Shown: positions 1 through 10,917 of the stretch, in pieces
Layout: every line of letters begins with the position of its first letter
Position numbering within the stretch: position 1 is the first letter of the stretch
NCBI GenBank assembly: GCA_963750165.1
Contig: CAVVPN010000004.1
Span: 928,001-992,000 of the forward strand
Direction: 5' to 3'
DNA: 64,000 bases
From: an uncultured Gemmataceae bacterium
GTDB taxonomy: Bacteria > Planctomycetota > Planctomycetia > Gemmatales > Gemmataceae
Made by a program: the position numbers and the translations under genes
The notes under the pieces: generated by a model
The model's database searches: none
Told to the model about the DNA's origin: nothing
Seen by the model: the letters and a program-made list of their open reading frames with translations, nothing else

Positions 1-810
1 AACGCGGGCGCTCACCACCTCCGAGGTCTCCCCGAGCACTTCCCGCGCCAGGGCTGCGTAATCGGCGGCGCCGTGGCAACTCGGGGCGTAGGCGAAGACT
101 GATTTGCCGAAGCTCGGGCACTCGGCCAGCTTGATGTTGCGGCGGATGCGCGTCGCGAACACCTGGGCGTTGGCCCAGGGGACGTTGCCGCCACGGCTGC
201 GCTCCAGGAAAGCGCTCAGATCCTTGAGGACCTCCTGCGCCAGCCGCGTGTTGGCCTCGAACAGGCACAGCACGATACCGCTGACCTTCAGCCCCGGGTT
301 GATGCGCCGGGCAACCAGGGCGGTCGTCTCGAACAGTTTGCCCAGGCCGTGCAGCGCCAGGAAGTGCGGTTGCAGGGGGATGAACACCTCGGTCGCCGCC
401 GCCAGCGCGTTGAGCGTCAGCACGCCCAGCGACGGGGCGCAGTCCATCAATACGAAGTCGAAGGTTTCCTGGTCCTGCGCCAGCGCGTCGCGCAGGATCA
501 CCTCGCGGCCGACGACGCCGGCCAGTTCGACCTCCGCGGCGGCCAGGTTGATGTCGGAACCGGCGAGCCAGAGGTTGTCTTCCACCGGACGGCGCACCCG
601 GCTCAGGGGGGTCGATTCGAGGAGCACGTCGTACAACGACGGCGCCTGACCGTCCAGTTCGACGCCGAGGTGGCCGGTGGCGTGCGCCTGCGGGTCGAGG
701 TCGAGCACGCACACGCGCCGGCCGCTGCGCCACGGCGCCGCTGCCAGGTTGACCGCTGTCGTCGTCTTGCCCACGCCGCCTTTTTGATTGATGACCGCAA
801 TCCGTCGCAT
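1..810 (-). CDS. parA: ParA/Soj family ATPase (3' end runs off the window)
   Basis: Manual translation from ATG at 810: [22 protein letters not shown]...[11 protein letters not shown]...[16 protein letters not shown]...[16 protein letters not shown]. Deviant Walker A motif. No stop in the window, so it is absent from the ORF track. Confidence 0.93.
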   Translation of the reverse strand, partial: MRRIAVINQKGGVGKTTTAVNLAAAPWRSGRRVCVLDLDPQAHATGHLGVELDGQAPSLYDVLLESTPLSRVRRPVEDNLWLAGSDINLAAAEVELAGVVGREVILRDALAQDQETFDFVLMDCAPSLGVLTLNALAAATEVFIPLQPHFLALHGLGKLFETTALVARRINPGLKVSGIVLCLFEANTRLAQEVLKDLSAFLERSRGGNVPWANAQVFATRIRRNIKLAECPSFGKSVFAYAPSCHGAADYAALAREVLGETSEVVSARV

Positions 811-916
811 GTGTCTCCCTCGCTGGCATCCGTCTCCGCGAAGTCCCAACCGGAGGGCCGATTTTACCCCGGCTCGCCTTGTCGGGATACCCCAACCCCG
901 GCCCGCAGGCCGCTGG

Positions 917-974
917 TCCGAGCCCGAGCGCCAGCGCGGGGCCTGCTGCCAGCTCGCTGGCGCTCGGGCTCGGA
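917..974. repeat. REP-like palindrome, family C (TCCGAGCCCGAGCGCCAGCG...CGCTGGCGCTCGGGCTCGGA)
   Basis: Intergenic inverted repeat; related copy at 54493-54538. Confidence 0.8.
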
Positions 975-1053
975 CGGACGATGGAAACGCAGCGGGGCCG
1001 CGGGTCGTCTCTGGACCCGCGGCCCCGCCGCGTGCTGCCGCCTGCTCCGACGG

Positions 1054-1821
1054 TCAGTGTCCCGCCTCCGCCGGCTTGAGCGGCAGTTTCACTGTGAACT
1101 TCGAGCCCTTGCCCACCAGGCTCTCGACGCGGATGCGGCCCTGGTGCTGCTCGATGATCTGCCGGCACACACTCAGCCCCAGGCCGCTGCCGCCGTGGCC
1201 GTGCTCGTCCGGTTCCTTGGTCGTGTAGAACGGCTCGAAAATCAGCCGCAGCTGCTCCGGCGGAATGCCGACGCCCGTGTCACTAATGCGGATTTCCGCC
1301 ATCTGCGTCTGCTCGTTCTCGCGCACCTCGATCCGCAGGTGGCCACCGCGCGGCATCGCCTGGCGGGCGTTGATAATCAGGTTCAGCAATATCTGCTCGA
1401 TCTGGCCGCGCACCACCGGCGCCCGCGGCCGGCCCTGGAACTTCTTCTCCACATGCACGAGGTGCTTGCTCAGATCCTTGTCCGTGAGCACCAGCACCTC
1501 TTCCACCAGATCGATCAGGTCGGTCACCTCGCGGTGCGTGGTGTGGTTGCGCGTGAAACCGAGCATGCTGCTGATGATGGTGGCGGCGCGCTGACTACCC
1601 TTGAGGATCTTCTCCAGGGCCTGCATCCGGCCCGCCTCGTCGCAGGTCGGGCGCATCCCCAGTTTGGCGTAGTTGATGATCGTCGTCAGGATGTTGTTGA
1701 ACTCGTGGGCAACGCTGGAGGCCAGGGTGCCGACACTGCTGAGCCGCTGGGCACGCAGCAGTTGTTCGCGCAACTGGTCCGTTTCCGTCGTGTGGGGGGC
1801 CATGACGTCCTCGCCGATCAT
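1054..1821 (-). CDS. Histidine kinase, HisKA + HATPase only, no input domain
   Basis: H-box VAHEFNNIL, N-box NLIINARQA, G1 DTGVGI, F-box FEPFYTTK, G2 GSGLGL; GGAGG upstream of ATG 1821. Confidence 0.9.
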   Translation of the reverse strand: MIGEDVMAPHTTETDQLREQLLRAQRLSSVGTLASSVAHEFNNILTTIINYAKLGMRPTCDEAGRMQALEKILKGSQRAATIISSMLGFTRNHTTHREVTDLIDLVEEVLVLTDKDLSKHLVHVEKKFQGRPRAPVVRGQIEQILLNLIINARQAMPRGGHLRIEVRENEQTQMAEIRISDTGVGIPPEQLRLIFEPFYTTKEPDEHGHGGSGLGLSVCRQIIEQHQGRIRVESLVGKGSKFTVKLPLKPAEAGH

Positions 1822-2071
1822 GAAGTCGCCTCCAGGCATTGGGGGGTCCGAGGGGGCGGTTCGCCCGCAGTGACCGCGGCGCTGACCGCCGGGGGTCGTT
1901 TATTTGCTCTTGAAATGGTATCGGCCGGCCCGAAAGGGCCTCTTCATCGGAAGTCATTGTGAATCAGCGATTAACAGCGACAAGGCGGGGAACGGCCGCA
2001 GACGGGGCGGCGGCGGTGGGGTGTGGAACGTGCCGCGAGTGGGGAGGCACGGGAAGCCGCGGGGATTGCGG

Positions 2072-2701
2072 TCAGCGACCGGCCTCGTCCTCGGCGATGA
2101 CGACGGTGTTGAGGCGCAGCGCTTGCCAGCGCTCGCCGTCGGTGACCAGTTCGTTGACACCGACGTTGCGCATGGGGCCGAACTGGTGCCAGTGGGCGGC
2201 ACCCAGTCCGGGCAACAAACTCAGCAGCAGTACGCGGATGACAACGCCGTGAGCGACCACGATCAGGGTGTGGCCCGCGGCGGCGCTCGTCAGGCGCTGC
2301 CAGACCGGCAGCACACGGTCGCGGATGGCGTCGAAGGATTCGGCGCCGTCCGGGGCGTAGGCGGTGTCGCCGGCGAGCCAGCGGCGCAGCGTCTCCGGCC
2401 AGACACCCTCGGTCGCCTTGACGGACGTGCCGCTCAGGGCGCCGACGCGGCGCTCGTGCAACTGCGGCTCGATCTGCAAGGGCAGCCCGCAGGCGGCGGC
2501 GATGGGCGTGGCGGTGAGGACGGCCCGGCGCATGGCGGAGGAGACGACGAGGTGCGGCCGTTCCGCGGCCAGCACGGGGGTGATGAGAGCGACCTGACGC
2601 TGGCCGCGGTCGCTCAGGCCGACGTCGGATTCGGCGCCGTGGAAGATGGCGGGGTTGGCGGTCTCGGCGTGGCGCAGCAGCAGGACGCGGGTGAAGGACA
2701 A
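2072..2701 (-). CDS. Histidine phosphatase (phosphoglycerate mutase-like) family protein
   Basis: LLRHAET, SSAMRRA, LHERRVG and VAHG motifs; start uncertain (TTG 2701, ORF open to 2785). Confidence 0.85.
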   Translation of the reverse strand: MSFTRVLLLRHAETANPAIFHGAESDVGLSDRGQRQVALITPVLAAERPHLVVSSAMRRAVLTATPIAAACGLPLQIEPQLHERRVGALSGTSVKATEGVWPETLRRWLAGDTAYAPDGAESFDAIRDRVLPVWQRLTSAAAGHTLIVVAHGVVIRVLLLSLLPGLGAAHWHQFGPMRNVGVNELVTDGERWQALRLNTVVIAEDEAGR

Positions 2702-2922
2702 GCGAGGCTCCGAACTGGGAGACAATCGAAGATTATGATCCTTTGCGCCGAAAATCGATCTCTGGAACGAAGCGCCCCAGGACACGCCCCGATTCGTCGC
2801 ACAGCATCAGGGGTTGAGTGAAATTGTGCATTTGTCTCGCAGCGTGTCGTCAGCGGTCACGGTCGTCCTGGTCAAACCTCCCTTTCCTTCTGCCAGGATG
2901 GGTCGAAGGAGTCGGTGCCATT

Positions 2923-4716
2923 CTACCCAGTTCGATCCGGCTCCGCAATCGACGCCGCGACCTTGATGACGATGCAACTGATGTTATCACCGCAGCCCAG
3001 CGGCTCCTCAGGCGACGGCGGCCGTTGCAAGGCGTCGGCGGCCTCGGCCAGGCGCCAGGCCAGTTCCTCCGCCGACAGCGCCGCGTGCGCCGCCACCAGC
3101 GCCGCCAGCTCCACCGGCTCCAGGAAATAGCCCTCATCCACCAGACCGTCGGTACACAGCACCAGCACGTCGCCTGGTTGCAGCGGCCAGGTTGTGATCG
3201 ACGGCTTGCAGAACTGCTCATGGATGATCGGCCGGCCCGCGGCGTCGCGCGTGCAGCCGCCGATGCAGTCGCGCAGCGCTCCCGCCATGCCGCCCAGGTC
3301 GCGCACGCCCTCCGGCGCCACCCCCGCCACCACCAGCGACGAACCCACGTCGCCGTCCACCGTCAACTGCTCCACACGGCCGTTGCGGATCAGGTACGCC
3401 CGGCTGTCGCCCAGGTTGGCCAGCGTCACTGCCCTCCCCTGCAACCAGGCGGCCGTCAAGGTCGAGCCCATCAACTCCTGGCCCTCGGCCAGCGCCGGGC
3501 CGTGACCGTTGGCCAGCGCCCACGCCACCAGCGCCTCCGCCGTCCCCCGACACACCCGGGCAATGTCGGCCGTGAAGCGGTCCCGGTGCCAGTCCGCGGT
3601 CACGGTCGCGTCCAGGGCGGCGCAGGTCATCTGGCTCGCCAGGGTGCCGCTGCCGACGGCGCAACTGGTGATGCCGTCCGCCACCGCCGCCAGCGCCCGC
3701 TCCGGGCCCTGCAGCCGCCGCACCAGGAACTGGTCCTCGTTGACGCCGCCGCGGGCGGCCTTGGTTCGGCCCGTCCGCGTGTGGCCGCCGACCTGCCAGG
3801 CCAGCGGCCCGACCACAGTGGCACAGCGCCGGGCGTCGTTCAGTGCCCGCGCCAGCGCGTCGCAGAACGCGGCGGGCGTCGGCAGCCGCTGGGCCGGGGA
3901 CGGGCGCAGGGCGTCCGCCAGCACGGTCGGCACCCCGAACGGCAGCGCCGGCATGAACAGGCGCAGCGGCGGTAGCTCGAAGCCGAACGCCGCCGGACCG
4001 CCACCGACGAAGCCGCGCGGCAGCAGTCGCGCCAGCCAGTAGTAGGCGAACAGCCCCAGCCGGTAGACGTCCGTCGCCGGGCCGGCGGCGCTGCGGCGCT
4101 CGGACATCAGTTCCGGAGCCACGAAGCCGGGCGGGATCGGCGTGTCCGCCGTGGCCTGGTCGAATGGGAACAGCGTCACGTCGAGGTTGGTGAAGTGCAG
4201 CTGATCGGGGCGGAGGAAGGGCGTCTCCAGTTCAGCGGGGTCGAAATTCAACCAGAACCAGCCGTGCTCGTGCAGTTCGGTCAGCGCCGTTGCCAGGGCC
4301 CGCAGGAAGGTCAGCAGTCGGGCGACCTCGGCGAGCGGGTCCGGAGCGGGCTGCTCCCACCAGGGCGGCAGCCGCTGGCCCCGGCAGACGACGGCCACCC
4401 AGACGCCGGCCTCGTCCTCGACGACGCGCGCCGGCGCCAGCCCCGCCAGCCGGCAGGTCGCGCGGCGGCGGATGCGCTGCCGCCATGCCGGCCAGGCGGC
4501 CGCGTCGATCCAGTGCAGCCGCCAGTCGTGCCGGCCCGACCTCACCGTGACTGACGCCTCGGGGTGCGTCAGCCGGCCAGCCTGCTCGGCGCTGAGGTAC
4601 AGCGGCGCTTCCGGCGACAGCGGACACACGCACGGCGCGGGCCGCAACGGGGCGCAGCAGCCACAACCGTTTGTGGTCGGCGTGGCGGTGCCACAGACCG
4701 GACAGGTCGCCAGCAT
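2923..4716 (-). CDS. Zn-ribbon + degenerate kinase-like domain + PP2C phosphatase fusion
   Basis: N-terminal CPVC..CGCC; kinase C-lobe remnants GFVAPE and DVYRLG; PP2C motifs NEDQF, VADG, NLGDSRAY, LCTDGL, DNISC. Confidence 0.85.
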   Translation of the reverse strand: MLATCPVCGTATPTTNGCGCCAPLRPAPCVCPLSPEAPLYLSAEQAGRLTHPEASVTVRSGRHDWRLHWIDAAAWPAWRQRIRRRATCRLAGLAPARVVEDEAGVWVAVVCRGQRLPPWWEQPAPDPLAEVARLLTFLRALATALTELHEHGWFWLNFDPAELETPFLRPDQLHFTNLDVTLFPFDQATADTPIPPGFVAPELMSERRSAAGPATDVYRLGLFAYYWLARLLPRGFVGGGPAAFGFELPPLRLFMPALPFGVPTVLADALRPSPAQRLPTPAAFCDALARALNDARRCATVVGPLAWQVGGHTRTGRTKAARGGVNEDQFLVRRLQGPERALAAVADGITSCAVGSGTLASQMTCAALDATVTADWHRDRFTADIARVCRGTAEALVAWALANGHGPALAEGQELMGSTLTAAWLQGRAVTLANLGDSRAYLIRNGRVEQLTVDGDVGSSLVVAGVAPEGVRDLGGMAGALRDCIGGCTRDAAGRPIIHEQFCKPSITTWPLQPGDVLVLCTDGLVDEGYFLEPVELAALVAAHAALSAEELAWRLAEAADALQRPPSPEEPLGCGDNISCIVIKVAASIAEPDRTG

Positions 4717-4880
4717 GATTCCCCTCGACGCGGGCCTGATGGGAAAGTTCGCACAAGCATAGGCCGTATCGGCGGGTCGCGCCGGAATCGACAAACAGAA
4801 CAGCTAGAAAACGGCCGCGGGCTGCGGCGCCGGCCCGAAGCCCGCACCGCAGCCCGCTGGTTGGCCGCACACCCCGCCCC

Positions 4881-6476
4881 TTACTGGAACACGCTCTTCA
4901 GCCCATCGATGGCGAGCTGTACAAGCAGCACGAGCCCGACGAGGACGCCGACCACGGCGGCGACGCGCCAGCAGATGCCCAGCCAGTAGCCCGTCGCGTC
5001 CACCGACTCCTCCTCCTTCGTGGCCTGCGCCCGCTTCTGTTCCGCGTCCTCGATCTTCTTGAACTCCTTGCGGAAACGTGACGTTTGTTTATCGACGCCG
5101 CTGCGGGCGGTTCGACCCAGCACCGCGCTCTGAAACTCCTTGTACGTCGCCAGCGTGCGGAAGCCCTCCCTGGAACTGCGGCTAACCTTTGTCGCGGGGT
5201 CGAACTGCTCGCCGCCGATCCACTCCAGCAACTGGGCCGTCGTCATCTTGCGCACAACGCCCACGCCGTCCCCGGTGCGCTGCCGCAGATACCAGACATC
5301 CGGCGGCGGCTTGGTCGGCGGCGCTGGCGTCATCGTGGACTGCGCCTGCGGCACCGTCGTCTTGGCGGCCTTCAGCGGGACGGACTTCGGCCCGGCGTCG
5401 GGCTGGTCCAGGAACTCCAGCCGTGCGCTCGCCAGTCCCAAACTCTCCAGATCGCGGATCACCTCGGCGCAGCTGGCGTAGCGATACTTCACCTGCTTGG
5501 CGGTCATCTTGAGGATGACCAGATCCAGCTTCTCGGGCACCTCCGGGTTGCTCTGCCGGGCTGGCGCGAAGGTGCCGGCCTCCTTGGCCTGGATCACGTC
5601 CACCAGCGTCTTGCCGGTGAACGGCGGTTGGCCGGTCAGCAGGCAGTAGAGCACGCAACCCAGGGCGTAGATGTCACAGCGGTGGTCGGCCTCCTTGGCG
5701 TTGCGCGCCTGCTCCAGCGGCATGTACCACGGCGTGCCGACCGCATGGCCGGTCTGCGTCAGGGACATGTCCTCATCGAGCTGCTTGACCATGCCCAGGT
5801 CCGCGATCTTGACAACGCCCTGCCGCGTGATCAGGATGTTGTCCGGTTTCACGTCGCGGTGGATGACGCCGTGCTCGTGAGCGTGCTGCAGCCCGGCGGC
5901 ACAGCGCTGGATAATATGCACCGCGTCGCCGACCGCCAGCCGGCCCTGGCGCTGCAGGATCTTTTGCAGGCTTTCGCCATCGACGAACTCCATGGCGAAG
6001 AAATGGCAGCCGTGGTCCTCGCCGACCTCGTAGCCCTGCACGATGTTGGGGTGGTCGAGGCGGCCGGTGGCGCGGGCCTCGCGGTAGAAGCGCTCGACGA
6101 GCTTGGGGTTGCTGGCGATGTGCTTGAACAGCACCTTGACCGCTACCTCGCGCGGGTAGTTGAGCTGGCGGGCGCGGTACACCTCGCCCATGGCGCCCTC
6201 GCCGAGCTTCTTGAGCAGGCGGTAGTCGCCCAGGGTATTGTCGGCGCGCTGGTTCGGGCCCTCACCGCCGGCGGGCAGTTGCTCCTCGGGTGCGTTCTCG
6301 GTATCTTTGGAGTCGGCGCCTGCCAGAACACGGGTCGAGCCCAGGGCGGCCCAGTCCTCCGGAGCCACATCCGCCGGCGGTCCCCCCTCGGCGGACGGGG
6401 GGCCTGGCAGGTCGGCGGGCCGGCGCGCGGGCTTTGGCTCGGGGGGCTTGGCGGAGGCAGCCGGGTCGTGGTTCAT
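4881..6476 (-). CDS. Hanks-type Ser/Thr protein kinase with C-terminal transmembrane helix
   Basis: LGEGAMGEV, VAVK, HRDVKPDN, DLG, GTPWYMPLE, DIYALG; hydrophobic C-terminus. Confidence 0.95.
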   Translation of the reverse strand: MNHDPAASAKPPEPKPARRPADLPGPPSAEGGPPADVAPEDWAALGSTRVLAGADSKDTENAPEEQLPAGGEGPNQRADNTLGDYRLLKKLGEGAMGEVYRARQLNYPREVAVKVLFKHIASNPKLVERFYREARATGRLDHPNIVQGYEVGEDHGCHFFAMEFVDGESLQKILQRQGRLAVGDAVHIIQRCAAGLQHAHEHGVIHRDVKPDNILITRQGVVKIADLGMVKQLDEDMSLTQTGHAVGTPWYMPLEQARNAKEADHRCDIYALGCVLYCLLTGQPPFTGKTLVDVIQAKEAGTFAPARQSNPEVPEKLDLVILKMTAKQVKYRYASCAEVIRDLESLGLASARLEFLDQPDAGPKSVPLKAAKTTVPQAQSTMTPAPPTKPPPDVWYLRQRTGDGVGVVRKMTTAQLLEWIGGEQFDPATKVSRSSREGFRTLATYKEFQSAVLGRTARSGVDKQTSRFRKEFKKIEDAEQKRAQATKEEESVDATGYWLGICWRVAAVVGVLVGLVLLVQLAIDGLKSVFQ

Positions 6477-6850
6477 TCCATCCTCAACTTTGCGCTGACG
6501 ATGCGCCGTGGGGGGGCGTCCTGGCACTGCAACCCGCGCTGGCCCCGAGCTTGCGGGCCGCGCCCAGCTGTTATCGTGGTTTTATGGGTCGGAACGCGGG
6601 TTCGCAACTCCGAACCGAGGTGGACTTTTTCACATTATAGCACAGTCCCGCCCGCAAATCTCAACATTGTTACGTCCGCGGGAATACGCGGAGCCGACGT
6701 GAGAAGCCCCCGGTCGGCGCTTCCCTGGGTTGAACCCCTGTTCGGAGCCAGTGACTCGCTACAATAGAGAAAACGTCCCGTTGATGCGTTTTCCCATCCA
6801 ACTTCCTTTCCGGCGGGCACCCCCGCCTTCCCCGTTACGGAGGACGACCG

Positions 6851-8508
6851 ATGTCCACCCAACCGACGGATTTCAGCGACCGCCCCTTGCCGCCTGTCAG
6901 CGCCCCGGACCTGCCCAGCGACCGCCCTGACCCCGACCTCCGGCGCCGGCCGCGCTGGTGGCGGCCCCTGGTGTTTCTGCTTGGTGGGGCCGCCGGCGTC
7001 GCCGCTGTGCTGGCGGTGCCGCTCGGCGACATGGAAGCGGTCATCCGCACGATGGCAATGTACGCCGTGATCAGCCTGACGCTGCTTTGCGTGCTGGTCT
7101 GGCTGCTGGCGGTGCCGGCCACGCGCTGGCTGACGGTCCTGTTCCTGGTCCTGATCGTGGGCGGGGTTGCCGTGGCTTTGCATGAGGAATGGATCGCCGT
7201 TCGCTTCAACGGCGACATGCGGATGCGGATAAGCTTCTGGTGGCAGAAGCCGTCGCGCCCGAGCAGCGACGTGACCGGATTGCCGCCGATCGACGTGAGC
7301 AACCCCAGCCCGCAGGACAGCCCCGAATACCGCGGCTGGCACCGCGACGGCGTGGTGATCGGCCCGGAACTGACCCGCGACTGGACGGCACAGCCGCCCC
7401 GGCTGCTGTGGCGCCACGGGCTGATCCCGGAGGGCGAGAAGACGAAGACGGGTCACTCGTCGTTCGCGGTCGTGGGCAACGTGGCGGTGACGCTGGAACA
7501 GCACGGCGCCAGGGAGGCGGTCGTCTGTTACGACACCGCGACGGGCCGGCAGCGCTGGGCGCACCTTTACGACGCCCGCTTTTCCGAGGCGATGGGCGGC
7601 CCCGGGCCGCGCTCCACCCCAACCATCGTCGGCGAGGACGTGTACGCCCTGGGCGCCACCGGCCTGCTGCACTGCCTGGACGTCAAGACCGGCGAGGTGA
7701 AATGGCAGGCGAACGTTCTCGCAGGCAACGCTAATGTGATGTGGGGTCTGAGTGGTTCGCCGCTGGTCTACAAGAACCTGGTGCTGGTCAACCCGGGCAT
7801 GCAGACCGAGGTGAAGGGGCACGGCACCCTGGCGGCCTACGACCGGACGACCGGCAAACTCCTCTGGAGCACGGCACGGCCCAGGCGGGCTACAGTTCAC
7901 CGATGCTGGCGAAACTCGATGGCCGTGAGCAGATTGTTCTGCTCGACGGCGACGGCATCGCGGGCTATGACCCGGAGAATCAGGGCAAGGAACTGTGGCG
8001 CTACCCGTGGGAGGTCAACCAGCACATCAACGCGGCCCAGCCGCTGCTGCTCGGCGACGATCGCATCCTGATCTCGTCGGGATACGGCGTCGGCGCAAAC
8101 GTGCTGCAGGTGAAGCGCGACGGCGACCAGTGGACGGCCAGGGCGCTCTGGCGGAAGAACAGCCGAGCGCTGCGCTGCAAGTTCACCAGTCCGGTGCTGT
8201 GGGGCGGGTACGTCTACGGCCTGGACGACGGCACGCTGGCGTGCATCGACCCGCAGACGGGCGAGCGACGCTGGCGCGAGAAGCGCTACGGCCACGGCCA
8301 GGTGCTGGTGACCAACGGCACGCTGCTGGTGCTGGGCGAGGAGGGCGAACTGGCTCTGGTGGCGGCGACGCCGGAGGAGTTCCGCGAGCTGGGCCGCATT
8401 GAGGAGGCGCTGTCCGGGCGCACCTGGAACGTGCCGGTTCTGGTGAACGGCCGGGCCTACGTCCGCAACGACGAGGAGATGGCCTGTTACGATTTGACCG
8501 GGCGCTAG
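6851..8508 (+). CDS. Membrane-anchored PQQ-like (BamB-type) beta-propeller protein, frameshifted near 7872
   Basis: N-terminal TM helices, then SPEYRGWHRDG, GPRSTPT, GYSSP, KFTSPV, TWNVPVL across ORFs 6851..8071 and 7741..8508; one added base near 7872 joins them. Confidence 0.85.
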
Positions 8509-8595
8509 GCAGGCGGCCGCGCACGCAGCGCCGAGCTGCGTGCGCGGCTCGGAGAGCATAACCAACCTTGTCCGCCTGCTTTGACGAGGCACTGC

Positions 8596-10892
8596 ATGTC
8601 GGTGCGCGACGAGTTTGAAAAAGCGGCGGAGCGGCAGCGCCTGGCCGAGCTGTCGGTCGAGCGCTATCGTCTGCTGTCGCAGCACGCCCGGGACATCGTG
8701 CTGTTCGTCCGCACCGACGGCCGCATCATCGAGGCCAGCGACTCCGCCGTGGCTGCTTACGGCTACGACCGCGCCACGCTGCTGACGATGACCATCTTCG
8801 AGTTGCGCGCCCTGGAAGGGCGGACGACATCCCGGCGCAGATGTTCCAGGCCGACAACACCGGCATCACCTTCGAGACGGTCCACCGCCGCCGCGACGGC
8901 AGCACCTTCCCCGTGGAGGTCAGCTCGCGCGGGGCCGACATCGCGGGCGAGCGGTTGCTGTTGAGCATCATCCGCGACACCACCGAGCGCGAGCGCACCG
9001 CGGCGGCGCTGCGCGAGAGCGAGGCCCGTTACCGTGACCTGTTCGAGAACGCCAACGACATCATCTACACCCTCGATCTGGAGGGCCGCATCACCTCGTT
9101 CAACAAGCGGGCGGAGCAGGCGTTCGGCTACACGCTGGCGGAGTGCCTGGGCCGCAACGCCGCAGAGCTGGTGCCGCCCGAGCACCACGACCGCATGCGC
9201 GAGGCCCTGCGCCAGAAGCTGACCGGCGCGGCGACGCCAACGGTGTATCCGCTGGAGATTGTCTGCAAGGACGGCCGCCGCCTGCCGCTGGAGGTGAACA
9301 GCCGGCTGATCGTGCGCGACGGCCAGCCGGTCGGCATCCAGGGCATCGCCCGCGACATCAGCGAGCGGCTGCGGGCCGAGCACGCGCTGCGCGAGAGCGA
9401 GGAGCGGCTGCGGCTGGCGCTCGACGCGGGCCGCTGCGGCGTCTGGGACTGGGATATGGCGAGCGACCGCGTGACCTGGTCGGAGCACATCTTCGAGTTC
9501 CACGGCCTGACGCCGGAGCACTTCCGCGGCCGGGTGGAGGACGTGATGGCTCAGATTCACCCCGAGGACGTGGCGGGCGTGGTGGCAGCCACCCGGCGGG
9601 CGGTCGAGGAGCGGCAGCCGTTCAGCCAGGAGTTCCGCATTGTTCGGCCGACCGGTGAGGTGCGCTGGATCGCCACGCACGGCCGCGTCCTGTACGACGC
9701 CGGCCGGCCGGTGCGCATGCTGGGCGCCACCATCGACGTGACCGAGCGCCGCGCCATCGAGGAGGCGCTGCGCCAGGCGGATCGGCGCAAGGACGAGTTC
9801 CTGGCGATGCTGGCCCACGAGCTGCGCAACCCGCTGGCGCCCATCCGCAACGCGGTCCAGGTGCTGCGGCAACACGGAACGCCGGGGCCTGAGGCGGAGT
9901 TGGTGCGCGACATCATCGACCGTCAGGTGGCGCACCTGGCCCGGCTGGTGGATGACCTGCTGGACGTGTCGCGCATCTCGCGCGGCAAGATTTTGCTGCG
10001 GCAGGAGCGGCTGGATCTGGTGCCGCTGGTGCGCACCGCCGTCGAGGACCACCGCGCCATGCTGGAAGCCGCGGGGCTGACACTGACCGCGGAGCTGCCG
10101 GAGCGGCCGCTGTGGCTGGCCGGCGACCCGACGCGGCTGGCGCAGGTGGTCGGCAACCTGCTGCACAACACGCGCAAGTTCACGGACCCAGGCGGCCGGG
10201 TGACCGTGCGGCTGACCGCGGCCGACAGCAGGGCGGAGCTAACGGTGTGCGACACGGGCATCGGCATGGACGCGGACATGCTGAGCCGGTTGTTCGAGCC
10301 GTTCAGCCAGGCGGATCGCAGCCTGCACCGGGTGCGCGGCGGCCTCGGTCTGGGGCTGGCGCTGGTCAAGGGGCTGGTGGAGATGCACGGCGGCACCGTG
10401 CGGGCGAGCAGCCGCGGCCCGGGCCAGGGTTCGGAGTTCACCGTCACGCTGCCGCTGAGTCAGGCCCCGCCGCGGCCGGAGGGGGAGAGCGCGGGACGGC
10501 CTGCCCACGGTCAGGCGCTGCAGGTGCTCATCGTCGAGGACAACGTGGACGCCGCGGAGAGTCTGCGGCGGTTGCTACGGCTGTCCGGGCATCAGGTGGA
10601 GGTGGCGCACACGGGCGCGGCGGGCGTGGAGATGGCCCGGCGGCTGCGGCCGGACGTGGTGCTGTGTGACATCGGCCTGCCGGGCGGCCTGGACGGCTAC
10701 GCGGTGGCGCAGGCGCTGCGGGCGGACCCGGAGCAGGCGCCGGCCACGCTGCTCGCGCTGTCGGGCTACGGCCAGGAGGAGGACCAGCGCAAGGCGCTGG
10801 AGGCCGGCTTCGACCGCCACCTGACCAAGCCCGTCGATCCGCGGGCGCTGGTGCAACTGCTCAGCACACTGCCGCCGCGGCCACAGCGGTAG
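8596..10892 (+). CDS. Hybrid sensor kinase (3 PAS + HisKA + HATPase + receiver), frameshifted near 8820
   Basis: PAS repeats, LAHELRNPL, GLGLGL, receiver VEDN...LCDIGLPG...LTKP; the first PAS is split between ORFs 8581..8964 and 8841..10892. Confidence 0.9.
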
Positions 10893-10917
10893 GGGACGGC
10901 AAGGTGCGAAGACAAGA

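Noticed and set aside
349..1962. Long plus-strand ORF (537 aa) and similar long ORFs such as 5085-6767, 28985-31399 and 34265-36043
   Set aside because: Antisense shadows of well-supported genes in high-GC DNA, with no motifs of their own
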